Below, piece after piece: positions 63,450 to 64,000 of a DNA stretch of 64,000 nt (the stretch's first letter is position 1; the number at the start of each line of letters is the position of its first letter). The DNA lies in NCBI GenBank assembly GCA_963783575.1, contig CAWAOD010000011.1, positions 416,001 through 480,000 on the forward strand, written 5' to 3'. The translations under genes and the position numbers were made by a program. Source of the DNA: an uncultured Spirochaetota bacterium (GTDB lineage Bacteria; Spirochaetota; Brevinematia; Brevinematales; JAOACQ01). The notes beneath the pieces are model-generated. The model worked only from the letters and a program-made list of their open reading frames with translations, did not search any database and had not been told where the DNA came from.

Positions 63450-64000
63450 GATTGTAAGCGAGCTTAAAACAGGAGAAATAATGATTTCAGATGGTGCATG
63501 GGGAACATTTCTTCAGCAGAAAGGCTTAAAAGTTGGGGATTGTCCGGAGTTCTGGAATATTACAAACCGGGAAGATGTTCTTGATATAGCGGAATCGTAC
63601 GTTAAAGCCGGGGCGGATATGATTGAGTCGAATAGTTTCGGCGGCTCAAGAATTAAGCTTGATTATTATGGATTGGGGGAACAAACGGCCAGAATCAATG
63701 AAACGGCGGCGGTTATTTCCCGGAAAGCGGCAGGAGATGACCGGCATGTTATCGCGTCAATAGGACCCACCGGAAAAATGCTGATAACCGGAGATGTGAC
63801 AGAGGAACAATTGTATGATGTTTTTAAAGAACAGTCTATGGCCCTGGAAAAAGGCGGTGCAGACGCAGCTTGTATTGAAACTATGTCGGCTCTGGATGAG
63901 GCGGTCATCGCAGTAAAAGCAGTAAAGGAAAATACAGGTCTTGAAATTTTAGCATCTTTTACTTTTGAACAAAAAGATAGAAAATATTATACGATGATGG
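63442..64000 (+). CDS. Homocysteine S-methyltransferase domain protein (runs off the window)
   Basis: Manual translation: ISDGAWGTFLQ, CPEFWN, AGADMIESNSFG, ASIGPTG, IETMS. Absent from the ORF track. Confidence 0.92.
   Translation, partial: MNKIVSELKTGEIMISDGAWGTFLQQKGLKVGDCPEFWNITNREDVLDIAESYVKAGADMIESNSFGGSRIKLDYYGLGEQTARINETAAVISRKAAGDDRHVIASIGPTGKMLITGDVTEEQLYDVFKEQSMALEKGGADAACIETMSALDEAVIAVKAVKENTGLEILASFTFEQKDRKYYTMM

Overview
AT-rich bacterial chromosomal window, probably from an anaerobe. A spirochaete-like origin is a tentative impression from NusA, the SurA-like protein and the cyclase neighbourhood. I found no rRNA, tRNA, CRISPR array or intact transposase. Blocks, left to right: (1) partial aroC, a secreted repeat protein, lipase+glpK and fba; (2) rimP-nusA-infB-rbfA-nrnA, then alr and an amidohydrolase; (3) DUF4921-like protein, an Fe-ADH lacking its metal ligands, a GAF-GAF-PP2C phosphatase and pgeF; (4) a 16 kb nitrogen-assimilation locus with a receiver-less GAF-GAF sigma54 activator, sigma54 promoters before both glnA (GSI) and a GSIII, a GlnE carrying two inserted GlnD-like ACT domains, and a split archaeal-type glutamate synthase; (5) envelope and signalling genes including an adenylate cyclase operon; (6) a TetR-associated pair of convergent operons (mmsA-flavoredoxin-nfnAB versus MFS-FAD-FeS-FAD) whose promoters, 10.5 kb apart, share a 33 bp operator; (7) a split cobalamin methyltransferase cluster. 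Eight genes are broken at short homopolymer runs, most likely sequencing errors. The best candidates for undescribed biology are the TetR regulon (6) and the nitrogen-sensing architecture (4). All calls come from reading motifs; no searches were run.
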